DNA of 61,594 nt from Nemertoderma westbladi (taxonomy: Eukaryota > Animalia > Xenacoelomorpha). The position numbers and the translations under genes were made by a program. The stretch spans positions 1 through 61,594 of the forward strand of contig JAUCBJ010005426.1 in NCBI GenBank assembly GCA_032718475.1. The letters are read 5' to 3'. Under the pieces are notes generated by a model. It was given only the letters and a program-made list of their open reading frames with translations. It searched no databases and was not told the DNA's origin. Position 1 is the first letter of the stretch. Each line of letters starts with the position of its first letter. Of the stretch, positions 12,041 through 25,147 are shown in pieces.

Positions 12041-12861
12041 AGTAGCAAATATTTTTCTATCCATGCGTAAATATATTTGCGGAGCTTGTAATATAAAGGT
12101 GTGTGGGAACCATAATTTTCAGCTCGATATCATTTCGCATTTATCATTTCTCATTGTAGTTATGCGTTTAATTTTGTTTTAGAGTCAACATTTATCACAA
12201 TCATAGGGAATACAAATTTTTTAAAATACAAAGTTTTGTAAAAGCCAAAGTTCAAAATCATAAATCAGTTTTATTGATTGCCCACGAAAACATTTATTTA
12301 CCATGGGACTAACACTGTACACAGCTAAAGGCCCGAACTGTTGACTGTCAACTATGGTGGCCCTGAGCGGCCAGTTTTGCAAGTTTTGTACTCTTTTTTT
12401 TGTTTCCCCGACTTTTGCAAACTCGTTCGAACAACTTTACAAAACTCGGGGAAACAAATCTAATTGGCTGGAGTGGTTTCTATACCAACAAACACCCAAT
12501 CAACTTTGTTTCCCCGTCTTTTGCAAACACGTTCGAACGAGTTACGAAACGAGCAAATTTTTCATGATACGAAAAATATACGTAGGAGGAGAGGCGAGGC
12601 CTGTGTGATTTTAAAAAATACGAAACTGAAACGAAATATATATGAAAACGAATTTAAATTCGTTGCGTTTCCTTGTCCTATGATGAAGGTGTGTTAAAGG
12701 TAACGCGTTTGGTGACAAGCTCTAAACGAGTACACCAATTTATTTAGTACTAATAACTCATTAGTAGTACATGTTAGCTCAAAAGGTAATTAAAAATACT
12801 AAACAAAAATTATAGTTGCAGTATACAAGATGAAATTAAATTATATCTACGTGACGTGTCA

Positions 12862-14259
12862 TTACTCCCCACACGGGTTATATTGGATGAATAAATTAGT
12901 ATAATTAATGAGCACGAATGTAATTAGTGCCCCTATTAAGGAGCCGGACTGCATTGTTATACCGTAATGGAGCAAAGCGTTACGCCCCCCAGTGGTAAGC
13001 AACGTAGCTACGCACGCTTTAACATAACTAAAAGCAGCAGAGTTCACGATCGCTGCCGTCACTATGAGACTGTCGCCTACGGGGTTGCCTAGCAACGGCG
13101 GAGTGGGGCTGAGTGCGGCGGCGCACAGGATGTAGGCTGCGAGGGCTGTACCGAGAACGGTACACCCGGATATTAAAGAAAGGGAGCGAGCGGGGTACCA
13201 GAGTGCGAGGAAACAGAACAACGGGTTCGCGAGTTGGGAGAGTGACACAGAGAGATGGTAAACTGTGGATCCGTAAGGAATACACGAATAGGGGAGTACG
13301 GAGGGAATTATTCCGTTTACGAAACCGCAAATCACAGCTATCTGAACTAGCAGATTTATTAGGTCGCAACGCGATATGGAAGGATTAATCGGTAGAACTC
13401 TGGGAAGAACTAATGATTTATCATTGCCGTCGTTCTCGAATATCGGATTATCAACCTGCGTTTGTTGAACATCATCCTTGCGTAGGGGATTAATTGTGTG
13501 AGTTTCTTTGTCTCTTTGGCTTGCAGTTACAACAATTGATTGCTCAACGGCGGCAGTATCTACGTTGTATTCGCTTTTGGAGATGCTAAGGTAATTGAGA
13601 AGCCAGAAGGATATCGAAGAAACAAACATAAAGAAGGAAATTGTAGCGAAAAAAGGCGCAACCCCGTAAAGAGGTTGGTTTACAGGTATAGATGGTTCGA
13701 TTGGAGTTATAGATGAGTTTATCCATAGGTTAGAGTGATTGGTGTTGTTTCCGGGGCATTCTTTGGCTCCGCCAGTGCCCTGAATAAGAGATAGAACACT
13801 GGGCAACAACGAACTGAGTCCCTGACCAATACAGAACGCCGTCATATACTCACCCCGGAAACGGCCCATATAAGGGAACTCTGTCACGCTACCTGTGGTG
13901 GCGGCTGCCGCCAAGAAAAATGTCAAAAGGAAAAGGGGAGAACTGCGTAGGGCCCCGCCAATCCAAGTTGTGTAATTCCAGAACGCAGCGACGAGAGCGG
14001 AGCCTAGGAAACTAACTGCACGGATGGCGTAAATAACGGGAATCTCGTATTTACGGTTGTCTTTGCAACATTTACTGGCGATTGTGAATGCCAGTGGGGC
14101 GATATTGGAGAGTTGTATGAGTATGGTTAGATAGGAAGACAGGGTCCATTGTTCCGGTAAAGTGACTACGAACAGCGGTAGTTGGGCGAACAGGGCGATA
14201 ACAGTGACCCATGAACCCAACCCGAACAAACAGACGACCATATACACAATAATATTCAT
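12862..14259 (-). CDS. SLC52A: Riboflavin transporter, SLC52 family (RFVT-like), intronless CDS
   Basis: 465-aa polytopic membrane protein with family motifs LFGLGSW, LPEQWTLSSY, GQGLSSLLPS..LIQG, NGIIPS..YSCIPYG, ANPL.CF and LSPTPPL. Confidence 0.92.
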   Translation of the reverse strand: MNIIVYMVVCLFGLGSWVTVIALFAQLPLFVVTLPEQWTLSSYLTILIQLSNIAPLAFTIASKCCKDNRKYEIPVIYAIRAVSFLGSALVAAFWNYTTWIGGALRSSPLFLLTFFLAAAATTGSVTEFPYMGRFRGEYMTAFCIGQGLSSLLPSVLSLIQGTGGAKECPGNNTNHSNLWINSSITPIEPSIPVNQPLYGVAPFFATISFFMFVSSISFWLLNYLSISKSEYNVDTAAVEQSIVVTASQRDKETHTINPLRKDDVQQTQVDNPIFENDGNDKSLVLPRVLPINPSISRCDLINLLVQIAVICGFVNGIIPSVLPYSCIPYGSTVYHLSVSLSQLANPLFCFLALWYPARSLSLISGCTVLGTALAAYILCAAALSPTPPLLGNPVGDSLIVTAAIVNSAAFSYVKACVATLLTTGGRNALLHYGITMQSGSLIGALITFVLINYTNLFIQYNPCGE

Positions 14260-14789
14260 TATTTGTTATTAATTAGCAGACATTCATCTGTTTTCCATTT
14301 ATTTAAAAAATACATTTAACTATAAAATAATTATAACTAAATTTAAATAATTATTAATTATTTTCGATTTTTTATAATAAATTATTAACATTTATAAATT
14401 AATCATTACTGTAATAATATTCAAATTAATTTTTAATATTTATTTAATTAATTATCTATACTAAGTTAATATTCGTGAATAATAATTCACTAATATCATT
14501 AGACATGTATACCTCTTTTTAAAAATATCATTACGCCTTTAAATAAATTACTCTGTATATATTATAATGCTTCAGCTTAATTAATAGTAGGCCTAATTTA
14601 ATAAGTACTCTATAAACTTAATTATTTAAACTTTATGAGGCAACCAACCAAAGCCTAATTAATAATCTACTTAAATTCAACCTTTGAGTTGTTAGACACA
14701 TACGTAATGTGCTATCCCATTTATTGTTATAGTCAAATGACGTAAATTCATTTCATCAAGAATGGAAATTATATTGATCTACTGACATA

Positions 14790-17700
14790 GCCTGTGCTTT
14801 CCTTTGACTGATCCACTGTCTGTCTGAGCTTTCCTTTGACTGATCCACTGTATGTCTGAGCTTTCTTTTGACTGATCCACTGTATGTTTGTGCTTTCCTT
14901 TGACTGATCCACTGTCTGTCTGTGCTTACCTTTGACTCATCCACTGTCTGTCTGTGCTTACCTTTGACTGATCCACTGTTTGTTTGTGCTTACCTTTGAC
15001 TGACCCACTGTCTGTTTGTGCTTACCTTTGACTGATCCACTGTTTGTATGTGCTTACCTTTGACTGACCCACTTTTTGTTTGTGCTTACCTTTAGCTGAC
15101 CCACTGTCTGTTTGTGCGTACCTTTGACTGATCCACTGTCTGTCTGTGCTTTCCTTTGACTGATCCACTGTCTGTCTGTGCTTACCTTTGACTGATCCAC
15201 TGTCTGTCTGTGCTTACCTTTGACTGATCCACTGTCTGTCTGTGCTTACCTTTGACTGATCCACTGTTTATTTGTGCTTACCTTTGACTGACCCACTGTC
15301 TGTTTGTGCTTACCTTTGACTGATCCACTGTCTGTCTGTGCTTACCTTTGACTGATCCACTGTCTGTCTGTGCTTACCTTTGACTGATCCACTGTTTATT
15401 TGTGCTTACCTTTGACTGACCCACTGTCTGTTTGTGCTTACCTTTGACTGATCCACTGTTTGTTTGTGCTTACCTTTGACTGATCCACTTTTTGTTTGTG
15501 CTTACCTTTAACTGGCCCACTGTCTGTTTGTGCGTACCTTTGACTGATCCACTGTCTGTCTGTGCTTACCTTTGACTGATCCACTGTCTGTCTGTGCTTA
15601 CCTTCGACTGGTCTACTGTCTGTCTGAGCTCACCTTTGCTGATCCACTGTCTGTATGTGCTTACCTTTGATTGACCCACAGTCTGTTTGTGCATACCTTT
15701 GACTGACCCACTTTTTGTTTGTGCTTACCTTTAGCTGACCCACTGTCTGTTTGTGCGTACCTTTGACTGATCCACTGTCTGTCTGTGCTTTCCTTTGACT
15801 GATCCACTGTCTGTCTGTGCTTACCTTTGACTGATCCACTGTCTGTCTGTGCTTACCTTTGACTCATCCACTATCTGTCTGTGCTTACCTTTGACTGATC
15901 CACTGTTTATTTGTGCTTACCTTTGACTGACCCACTGTCTGTTTGTGCTTACCTTTGACTCATCCACTATCTGTCTGTGCTTACCTTTGACTGATCTACT
16001 GTTTGTTTGTGCTTACCTTTGACTGATCCACTGTCTGTCTGTGCTTACCTTTGACTCATCCACTATCTGTCTGTGCTTACCTTTGACTGATCCACTGTTT
16101 ATTTGTGCTTACCTTTGACTGACCCACTGTCTGTTTGTGCTTACCTTTGACTGATCCACTGTTTGTTTGTGCTTACCTTTGACTGATCCACTTTTTGTTT
16201 GTGCTTACCTTTAACTGGCCCACTGTCTGTTTGTACGTACCTTTGACTGATCCACTGTCTGTCTGTGCTTACCTTTGACTGATCCACTGTCTGTCTGTGC
16301 TTACCTTCGACTGGTCTACTGTCTGTCTGAGCTCACCTTTGCTGATCCACTGTCTGTATGTGCTTACCTTTGATTGACCCACAGTCTGTTTGTGCATACC
16401 TTTGACTGATCCACTGTCTGTCTGTGCTTACCTTTGACTGGCCCACTGTCTGTTTGTGCGTACCTTTGACTGATCCACTGTCTGTTTGTGCTTACCTTTG
16501 ACTAATCCACTGTCTGTCTGTGCTTACCTTTGACTGATCTACTGTTTGTTTGTGCTTACCTTTGACTGACCCACTGTCTGTTTGTGCGTATGTTTGACTG
16601 ATCCACTGTCTGTCTGTCCTTACCTTTGAATGATGGACTGTCTGTCTGAGCTTTCCTTTGACTGATCCACTGTATGTCTGAGCTTTCCTTTGACTGATCC
16701 ACTGTATGTTTGTGCTTTCCTTTGACTGATCCACTGTGTGTCTGTGCTTACCTTTGACTCATCCACTGTCTGTCTGTGCTTACCTTTGACTGATCCACTG
16801 TTTGTTTGTGCTTACCTTTGACTGACCCACTGTCTGTTTGTGCTTACCTTTGACTGATCCACTGTTTGTATGTGCTTACCTTTGACTGACCCACTTTTTG
16901 TTTGTGCTTACCTTTAGCTGACCCACTGTCTGTTTGTGCGTACCTTTGACTGATCCACTGTCTGTCTGTGCTTTCCTTTGACTGATCCACTGTCTGTCTG
17001 TGCTTACCTTTGACTGATCCACTGTCTGTCTGTGCTTACCTTTGACTCATCCACTATCTGTCTGTGCTTACCTTTGACTGATCCACTGTTTATTTGTGCT
17101 TACCTTTGACTGACCCACTGTCTGTTTGTGCTTACCTTTGACTGATCCACTGTTTGTTTGTGCTTACCTTTGACTGACCCACTTTTTGTTTGTGCTTACC
17201 TTTAACTGGCCCACTGTCTGTTTGTGCGTACCTTTGACTGATCCACTGTCTGTCTGTGCTTACCTTTGACTGATCCACTGTCTGTCTGTGCTTACCTTCG
17301 ACTGGTCTACTGTCTGTCTGAGCTCACCTTTGCTGATCCACTGTCTGTATGTGCTTACCTTTGATTGACCCACTGTCTGTTTGTGCATACCTTTGACTGA
17401 TCCACTGTCTGTCTGTGCTTACCTTTGACTGGCCCACTGTCTGTTTGTGCGTACCTTTGACTGATCCACTGTCTGTTTGTGCTAACCTTTGACTAATCCA
17501 CTGTCTGTCTGTGCTTACCTTTGACTGATCTACTGTTTGTTTGTGCTTACCTTTGACTGACCCACTGTCTGTTTGTGCGTATGTTTGACTGATCCACTGT
17601 CTGTCTGTCCTTACCTTTGACTGATCCACTGTCTATCTGTTCTTACCTTTGACTGATCCACTGTCTGTCTGTGCTTACCTTTGACTGATCCACTGTATGT

Positions 17701-20700
17701 CTGAGCGTACCTTTAACTGACCCACTGTCTGTTTGTGCGTAACTTTGACTGATCCACTGTCTGTCTGTGCTTACCTTTGACTGATCCACTGTCTGTCTGC
17801 GCTTACCTTTGACTGACCCACTTTTTGTTTGTGCTTACCTTTCGCTGACCCACTGTCTGTTTGTGCGTACCTTTGACTGATCCACTGTCTGTCTGTGCTT
17901 TCCTTTTACTGATCCACTGTCTGTCTGTGCTTACCTTTGACTGATCCACTGTCTGTCTGTGCCTACCTTTGACGGATCCACTGTTTGTTTGTGCTTACCT
18001 TTGACTGACCCACTGTCTGTTTGTGCTTACCTTTGACTGATCCACTGTTTGTTTGTGCTTACCTTTGACTGACCCACTTTTTGTTTGTGCTTACCTTTAG
18101 CTGACCCACTGTCTGTTTGTGCGTACCTTTGACTGATCCACTGTCTGTCTGTGCTTTCCTTTGACTGATCCACTGTCTGTCTGTGCTTACCTTTGACTGA
18201 TCCACTGTCTGTCTGTGCTTACCTTTGACTCATCCACTGTCTGTCTGCGCTTACCTTTGACTGATCCACTGTTTGTTTATGCTTACCTTTGACTGACCCA
18301 CTGTCTGTTTGTGCTTACCTTTGACTGATCCACTGTTTGTTTGTGCTTACCTTTGACTGACCCACTTTTTGTTTGTGCTTACCTTTGACTGATCCACTGT
18401 CTGTCTGTGCTTACCTTCGACTGATCCACTGTCTGTCTGAGCTTACCTTTGACTGATCCACTGTCTGTATGTGCTTACCTCTGATTGACCCACTGTCTGT
18501 TTGTGCATACTTTTGACTGATCCACAGTCTGTCTGTGCTTACCTTTGCCTGACCCACTGTCTGTTTGTGCGTACCTTTGACTGATCCACTGTCTGTCTGT
18601 GCTTACCTTTGACTGATCCACTGTCTGTCTGTGCTTACCTTTGACTGACCCACTGTTTGTTTGTGCTTACCTTTGACTGACCCACTGTCTGTTTGTGCGT
18701 ACTTTTGATTGATCTACTGTCTGTCTGTGCTTACCTTTGACTGATCCACTGTCTGTCTGTGCTTACCTATGACTGATCCACTGTCTGTCTGTGCTTACCT
18801 TTGACTGATCCACTGTCTGTCTGTGCTTACCTTCGACTGATCCACTGTCTGTCTGTACTTACCGTCGACTGATCCACTGTCTGTCTGTGTTACCTTTGAC
18901 TGATCCACTGTCTGTTTGTGCGTACCTTTGACTGATCCACTGTTTGTCTGTGCTTACTTTAGAATGATCCACTGTCTGTCTGTGCTTACCTTTGACTGAT
19001 CTACTGTTTGTTTGTGCTTACCTTTGACTGATCCACTGTCTGTCTGTGCTTACCTTTGACTGACCCACTGTTTGTTTGTGCTTACCTTTGACTGATCCAC
19101 TGTCTGTCTGTGCTTACCTTTGACTGACCCACTGTCTGTTTGTGCGTACCTTTGACTGATCCACTGTCTGTCTGTGCTTACCTTTGACTGATCTACCGTT
19201 TGTTTGTGCTTACCTTTGACTGATCCACTGTCTATCTGTGCTTATCTTGGACTGATCCAATGTCTGTCTGTGCTTACCTTTGACTGATCCACTGTCTATC
19301 TGTGCTTACCTTCGACTGATCCACTGTCTGTCTGTGCTTACCTTTGACTGACTCACTCTCTGTCTGTGCGTACCTTTGACTGATCCACTGCCTGTCTGTG
19401 CTTACCTTTAACTGATCCACTGTCTGTCTGAGCTTACCTTTGACTGATCCACTGTCTGTCTGTGCTTACCTTTGACTGACCCACTGTCTGTCTGTGCTTA
19501 TCTTTGACTGATCCACTGTCTGTCTGTGCTTACCTTAGAATGATCCACTGTTTGTCTGTGCTTACCTTTGACTGATCTACTGTTTGTTTGAGCTTAACTT
19601 TGACTGATCCACTGTCTGTCTGTGCTTACCTTTGACTGACCCACTGTCTGTTTGTGCGTACCTTTGACTGACCCACTGTCTGTTTGTGCGTACCTTTGAC
19701 TGGTCCACTGTCTGTCTGTGCTTACCTTAGAATGATCCACTGTCTGTCTGTGCTTACCTTTGAGATCTACTGTTTGTTTGTGCTTACCTTTGACTGATCC
19801 ACTGTCTGTTTGTGTGTACCTTTGACTGATCCACTGTCTGTCTGTGCTTACCTTTGACTGATCTACTGTTTGTTTGTGCTTACCTTTGACTGATCCACTG
19901 TCTATATGTGCTTATCTTCGACTGATCCAATGTCTGTCTGTGCTTACCTTTGACTGATCCACTGTCTGTCTGTGCTTATCTTTGACTGATCCACTGTCTG
20001 TCTGTGCTTACCTTAGAATGATCCACTGTTTGTTTGAGCTTAACTTTGACTGATCCACTGTCTGTCTGTGCTTACCTTTGACTGACCCACTGTCTGTTTG
20101 TGCGTACCTTTGACTGACCCACTGTCTGTTTGTGCGTACCTTTGACTGATCCACTGTCTGTCTGTGCTTACCTTAGAATGATCCACTGTCTGCCTGTGCT
20201 TACCTTTGAGATCTACTGTTTGTTTGTGCTTACCTTTGACTGATCCACTGTCTGTTTGTGCGTACCTTTGACTGATCCACTGTCTGTCTGTGCTTACCTT
20301 TGACTGATCTACTGTTTGTTTGTGCTTACCTTTGACTGATCCACTGTCTATATGTGCTTATCTTCGGCTGATCCAATGTCTGTCTGTGCTTACCTTTGAC
20401 TGATCCACTGTCTGCCTGTGCTTACATTCAACTGATCCACTGTCTGCCTGTGCTTACCTTCGACTGATCCACTGTCTGTCTGTGTTACCTTTGACTGATC
20501 CACTGTCTGTTTGTGCTTACCTTTGACTGATCCACTGTCTGTCTGTGCTAACCTTTGACTGATCCAATGTATGTTTGTGCTTACCTTTGACTGATTCACT
20601 GTCTGTCTGTGCTTACCTTTGACTGATCCACTGCCTGTCTGTGCTTACCTTTAACTGATCCACTGTCTGTCTGAGCTTGCCTTTGACTGATCCACTGTCT

Positions 20701-20839
20701 GTCTGTGCTTACCTTTGACTGACCCACTGTCTGTCTGTGCTTATCTTTGACTGACCCACTGTCTGTCTGTGCTTACCTTAGAATGACCCACTGTCTGTCT
20801 GTGCTTACTTTTGACTGATCCACTGTCTGTCTGTGCTTA
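14790..20839 (-). repeat. 32-bp satellite (minus strand acagacagacagtggatcagtcaaag|gtaagc), ~190 copies, derived from an exon/donor junction
   Basis: Directly visible. The terminal unit overlaps the 3' end of exon 20955-20809. Internal block duplications are marked by gctcacctttgctg at ~15628, 16331 and 17322. Confidence 0.97.
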
Positions 20840-20955
20840 TACAGCGCAGTATCACTCCGCCTCTCACTTCTTCCTCTAGAAACCCGACGATGTAATTCTC
20901 CTTTCAGTTCCGCCATTGCCGAGACATCAGAAGAACAACGTCGCAACATATTCTC
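20809..20955 (-). CDS. Exon 5 of large minus-strand gene (49 codons, ENMLRRCSSD...HRQTVDQSK)
   Basis: Acceptor cttttgtttctgtag|GAG and donor AAA|gtaagc. Open, phase 0-0, and compatible with the preceding exon. Not listed in the ORF track. Confidence 0.75.
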
Positions 20956-20998
20956 CTACAGAAACAAAAGAACTGAGAACAAAAAGTGCCGTATATTT

Positions 20999-21493
20999 AA
21001 AAGTTGGTTTCCCACTTTGTGTGCACCACACAAAAGTTGGTTTCCTACTTTGTGTTCACCACACAAAAGTTGGGTTCCCACTTTGTGTTCACCACACAAA
21101 AGTTGGGTTCCCACTTTGTGTTCACCACACAAAAGTTGGGTTCCCACTTTGTGTTCACCACACAAAAGTTGGGTTCCCACTTTGTGTTCACCACACAAAA
21201 GTTGGGTTCCCACTTTGTGTTCACCACACAAAAGTTGGTTTCCTACTTTGTGTTCACCACACAAAAGTTGGGTTCCCACTTTGTGTTCACCACACAAAAG
21301 TTGGTTTCCCACTTTGTGTTCACCACACAAAAGTTGGGTTCCCACTTTGTCTGCACCACACAAAAGTTGGGTTCCCACTTTGTCTGCACCACACAAAAGT
21401 TGGTTTCCCACTTGGTGTTCACCACACAAAAGTTGGGTTCCCACTTTGTGTTAACCACACAAAAGTTGGGTTCCCACTTTGTGTGCACCACAC
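20999..21493. repeat. 33-bp minisatellite (aaagttgggttcccactttgtgttcaccacaca), ~15 copies
   Basis: Directly visible. The unit contains an imperfect palindrome, cacaaaagttggg-tt-cccactttgtg. Confidence 0.95.
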
Positions 21494-21857
21494 ATATCCG
21501 TCCGGAAATTTTGTGTTTATATTTCATATTATATTACAATAAGAAAAATATATATTAAATTCCATGCTAAACAGCGAATTAGCATAACAACATTTGAAAA
21601 ATGAATGATAAAAGTAGTAAAAATGTAGACATGACCTCCTGACCATCAACGACTTGAAGACATGACCGGCAGAGCCTGTATGAAAGCAGCTCCCATCACT
21701 CTGTCAGCCATACTATTTGTTTATTATGTTTATCTTTATTATGTTTATCATTAAGCTGAGTTTTCACAAAGATTGTAGAACCACATTGCTTTGAACCACA
21801 AGCACGAAATGCTGCAAGAGCTGCACTGGCTCTACTAATGCACAACATTAAAGAAGG

Positions 21858-22217
21858 GCAGTGATTTTTTATGTCCTTTTATTTGACTTTTTTTGTCATT
21901 TTTTTTTACGAATTATACATAATGACTTTTGTTGTCCTTTTAATGACTTTTATTGTCCTTTTAATGACTTTTTATGTATGTATTTCTTCAAACTGTCAGA
22001 CTGCTGATTTCTGGACTGTCAGACAGTTGATTTCACTAGGCAGTGATTTTTTATGTCAATTTATTTGACTTTTTTTGTCACTTTTTTTTACGAATTATGC
22101 ATAATGACTTTTGTTGTCCATTTAATGACTTTTATTGTCATTTTAATGACTTTTTATGTATGTATTTCTTCAAACTGTCAGACTGCTGATTTCTGGACTG
22201 TCAGACAGTTGATTTCT
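21858..22217. repeat. ~181-bp tandem duplication (2 copies)
   Basis: ggcagtgattttttatgtc at 21858 and 22039. Each copy ends in an imperfect hairpin, aactgtcagac...gtcagacagtt. Confidence 0.9.
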
Positions 22218-22395
22218 CTATGCCTGTGCCAAAACATTCCATGATTCCATGATTTATAGACTATGAGATAGATTTCCATATGCGCCTGTGGTAAAAAGAC
22301 TCTATATTTAATAGTTTGTGGTTGTTGTTGATAATCGATTACCACATGACGTAGCAAAACACTAATTTTATAGCCAAAAACAATTACCAATCGAT

Positions 22396-24246
22396 GGAAA
22401 GGAGCAGGTTAAGGCCGAGTTTTCTAACCAAAACAATAAACAGTCACTTTACCAAATCAGGGAAAGGAGCAGGTTACAGAGACGGGATTTTCTAACCAAA
22501 ACAATAAACGATCACTTAACTAATTGAGGGAAAGGAGCAGGTTACAGAGGTGGGATTTTCTAACCAAAACAATAAACGATCACTTAACTTATTGAGGGAA
22601 AGGAGCAGGTTACAGAGGCGGGATTTTCTAACCAAAACAATAAACGATAACATTACCAATTGAGAGAAAGGAGCAGGTTACAGAGGCGGGATTTTCTAAC
22701 CAAAACAATAAACGATAACATTACCAATTAAGGGAAAGGAGCAGGTTACAGAGGCGGGATTTTCTAACCAAAACAATAAGCGATCACTTAACTAATTGAG
22801 GGAAAGGAGCAGGTTAAGGCCGGCTTTTCTAACCAAAACAATAAACAGTCACTTTACCAAATCAGGGAAAGGAGCAGGTTACAGAGACGGGATTTTCTAA
22901 CCAAAACAATAAACGATCATTTAACTAATTGAGGGAAAGGGGCAGGTTACAGAGGCGGGATTTTCTAACCAAAACAATAAACGATCATTTAACTAATTGA
23001 GGGAAAGGAGCAGGTTACAGAGACGGGATTTTCTAACCAAAACAATAAACGATCATTTAACTAATTGAGGGAAAGGAGCAGGTTACAGAGACGGGATTTT
23101 CTAACCAAAACAATAAACGATAACATTACCAATTGAGAGAAAGGAGCAGGTTACAGAGACGGGATTTTCTAACCAAAACAATAAACGATAACATTACCAA
23201 TTGAGAGAAAGGAGCAGGTTACAGAGGCGGGATTTTCTAACCAAAACAATAAACGATAACATTACTAATTGAGGGAAAGGAGCAGGTTACAGAGGCGGGA
23301 TTTTCTAACCAAAACAATAAACGATCATTTAACTAATTGAGGGAAAGGGGCAGGTTACAGAGGCGGGATTTTCTAACCAAAACAATAAACGATCATTTAA
23401 CTAATTGAGGGAAAGGGGCAGGTTACAGAGGCGGGATTTTCTAACCAAAACAATAAACGATCATTTAACTAATTGAGGGAAAGGGGCAGGTTACAGAGGC
23501 GGGATTTTCTAACCAAAACAATAAACGATCATTTAACTAATTGAGGGAAAGGAGCAGGTTACAGAGACGGGATTTTCTAACCAAAACAATAAACGATAAC
23601 ATTACCAATTGAGAGAAAGGAGCAGGTTACAGAGGCGGGATTTTCTAACCAAAACAATAAACGATCATTTAACTAATTGAGGGAAAGGGGCAGGTTACAG
23701 AGGCGGGATTTTCTAACCAAAACAATAAACGATCATTTAACTAATTGAGGGAAAGGAGCAGGTTACAGAGACGGGATTTTCTAACCAAAACAATAAACGA
23801 TCATTTAACTAATTGAGGGAAAGGGGCTGGTTACAGAGGCGGGATTTTCTAACCAAAACAATAAACGATCATTTAACTAATTGAGGGAAAGGGGCAGGTT
23901 ACAGAGGCGGGATTTTCTAACCAAAACAATAAACGATCATTTAACTAATTGAAGGAAAGGAGCAGGTTACAGAGACGGGATTTTCTAACCAAAACAATAA
24001 ACGATAACATTACCAATTGAGAGAAAGGAGCAGGTTACAGAGGCGGGATTTTCTAACCAAAACAATAAACGATAACATTACTAATTGAGGGAAAGGAGCA
24101 GGTTACAGAGGCGGGATTATCTAACCAAAACAATAAACGATCATTTAACTAATTGAGGGAATGGGGCAGGTTACAGAGGCGGGCCTTTCTAATCAAAACA
24201 ATAAACTGTCACTTTACCAATTCAGGGAAAGGAGCAGGTTACAGAG
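22396..24246. repeat. 68-bp minisatellite, ~27 copies
   Basis: Unit ggaaaggagcaggttacagaggcgggattttctaaccaaaacaataaacgatcatttaactaattgag. Period of 68 bp (22461, 22529, 22597...). Confidence 0.96.
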
Positions 24247-25147
24247 TACGGATGAGTTATTATGAACTGATCTGTGCTGTTGGAAGTAGTGGTGCCGCTA
24301 TCCGTAACACTACTCAGACAGTAGTCATGATCCATTATTGATTATAAAACTAATACAGTAATAGGCCTAAATAATGTGAAAGGTATATCCACATTTTCCA
24401 CAATCCTGCAATCCAGTTTGGCCTATCAATTATTTAAAATTTATTAGCACAACCGGTAGGCCTACCATTACCGTATTTAAATGGTAGGCTACACAGTAGG
24501 CCTATAGCAGTACCGGTGACGGTACCGGTACTAAAATACAGAAATACCTGCTTTATACCTACATCTGTACATACAATATAGCAAAATAGTGCTATATATA
24601 CTAATACCGGTACTGATAGCCTGAGAGAACAGCAGTAGAGAAACCGGTAGCATGGAACCTAACATTAGACTTTTGGAGGACATAAAAAATCAAAAAAAAA
24701 AGGACAAAAAAAGGATTTAAACGGACAATAAAAATTATTGCGTTAAAGAAGTAGGGAGATATACTCTTTTAAGTTTAATTTCCCGAACCTTGGAACAACT
24801 GATTGTTTAAACATGCTTTCCCTTGCCGATGCGGGTCATAGTTTGATCTGATCTCATCAAGGATTTAATCTGGAACCACAGTAGTTCTGACTAATGTTAG
24901 TTTCACATAAACAGAATTATGTTGAATAATGTTTTTGCGATTGAGAACAGCATCAGACCAATATCACGATATGACCCAAAAATTTAAAATTTATCCTTAT
25001 TTGGGACTGAAACCAGTCGAATTGTTTTCAACTCTCGTTGAGGAACTCTCTTCTATATACATTTCCATGAGTATGGTTGTGTAATAGTCGCTGACGATGA
25101 CATATTGAAAACATCAGGTATACATTCTATATATTGGTTTTAATATA

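Noticed and set aside
20916-21558. His/Cys-rich repeat ORFs (KVGFPLCVHHT)n as a metal-binding protein
   Set aside because: The 33-bp unit is open in nearly all frames, and it lies in an intron of the opposite-strand gene.
22396-24246. 68-bp array as a third splice-site array (gcag|gttaca)
   Set aside because: The motif is on the strand opposite the host gene, is a weak donor, and no adjoining exon was found.
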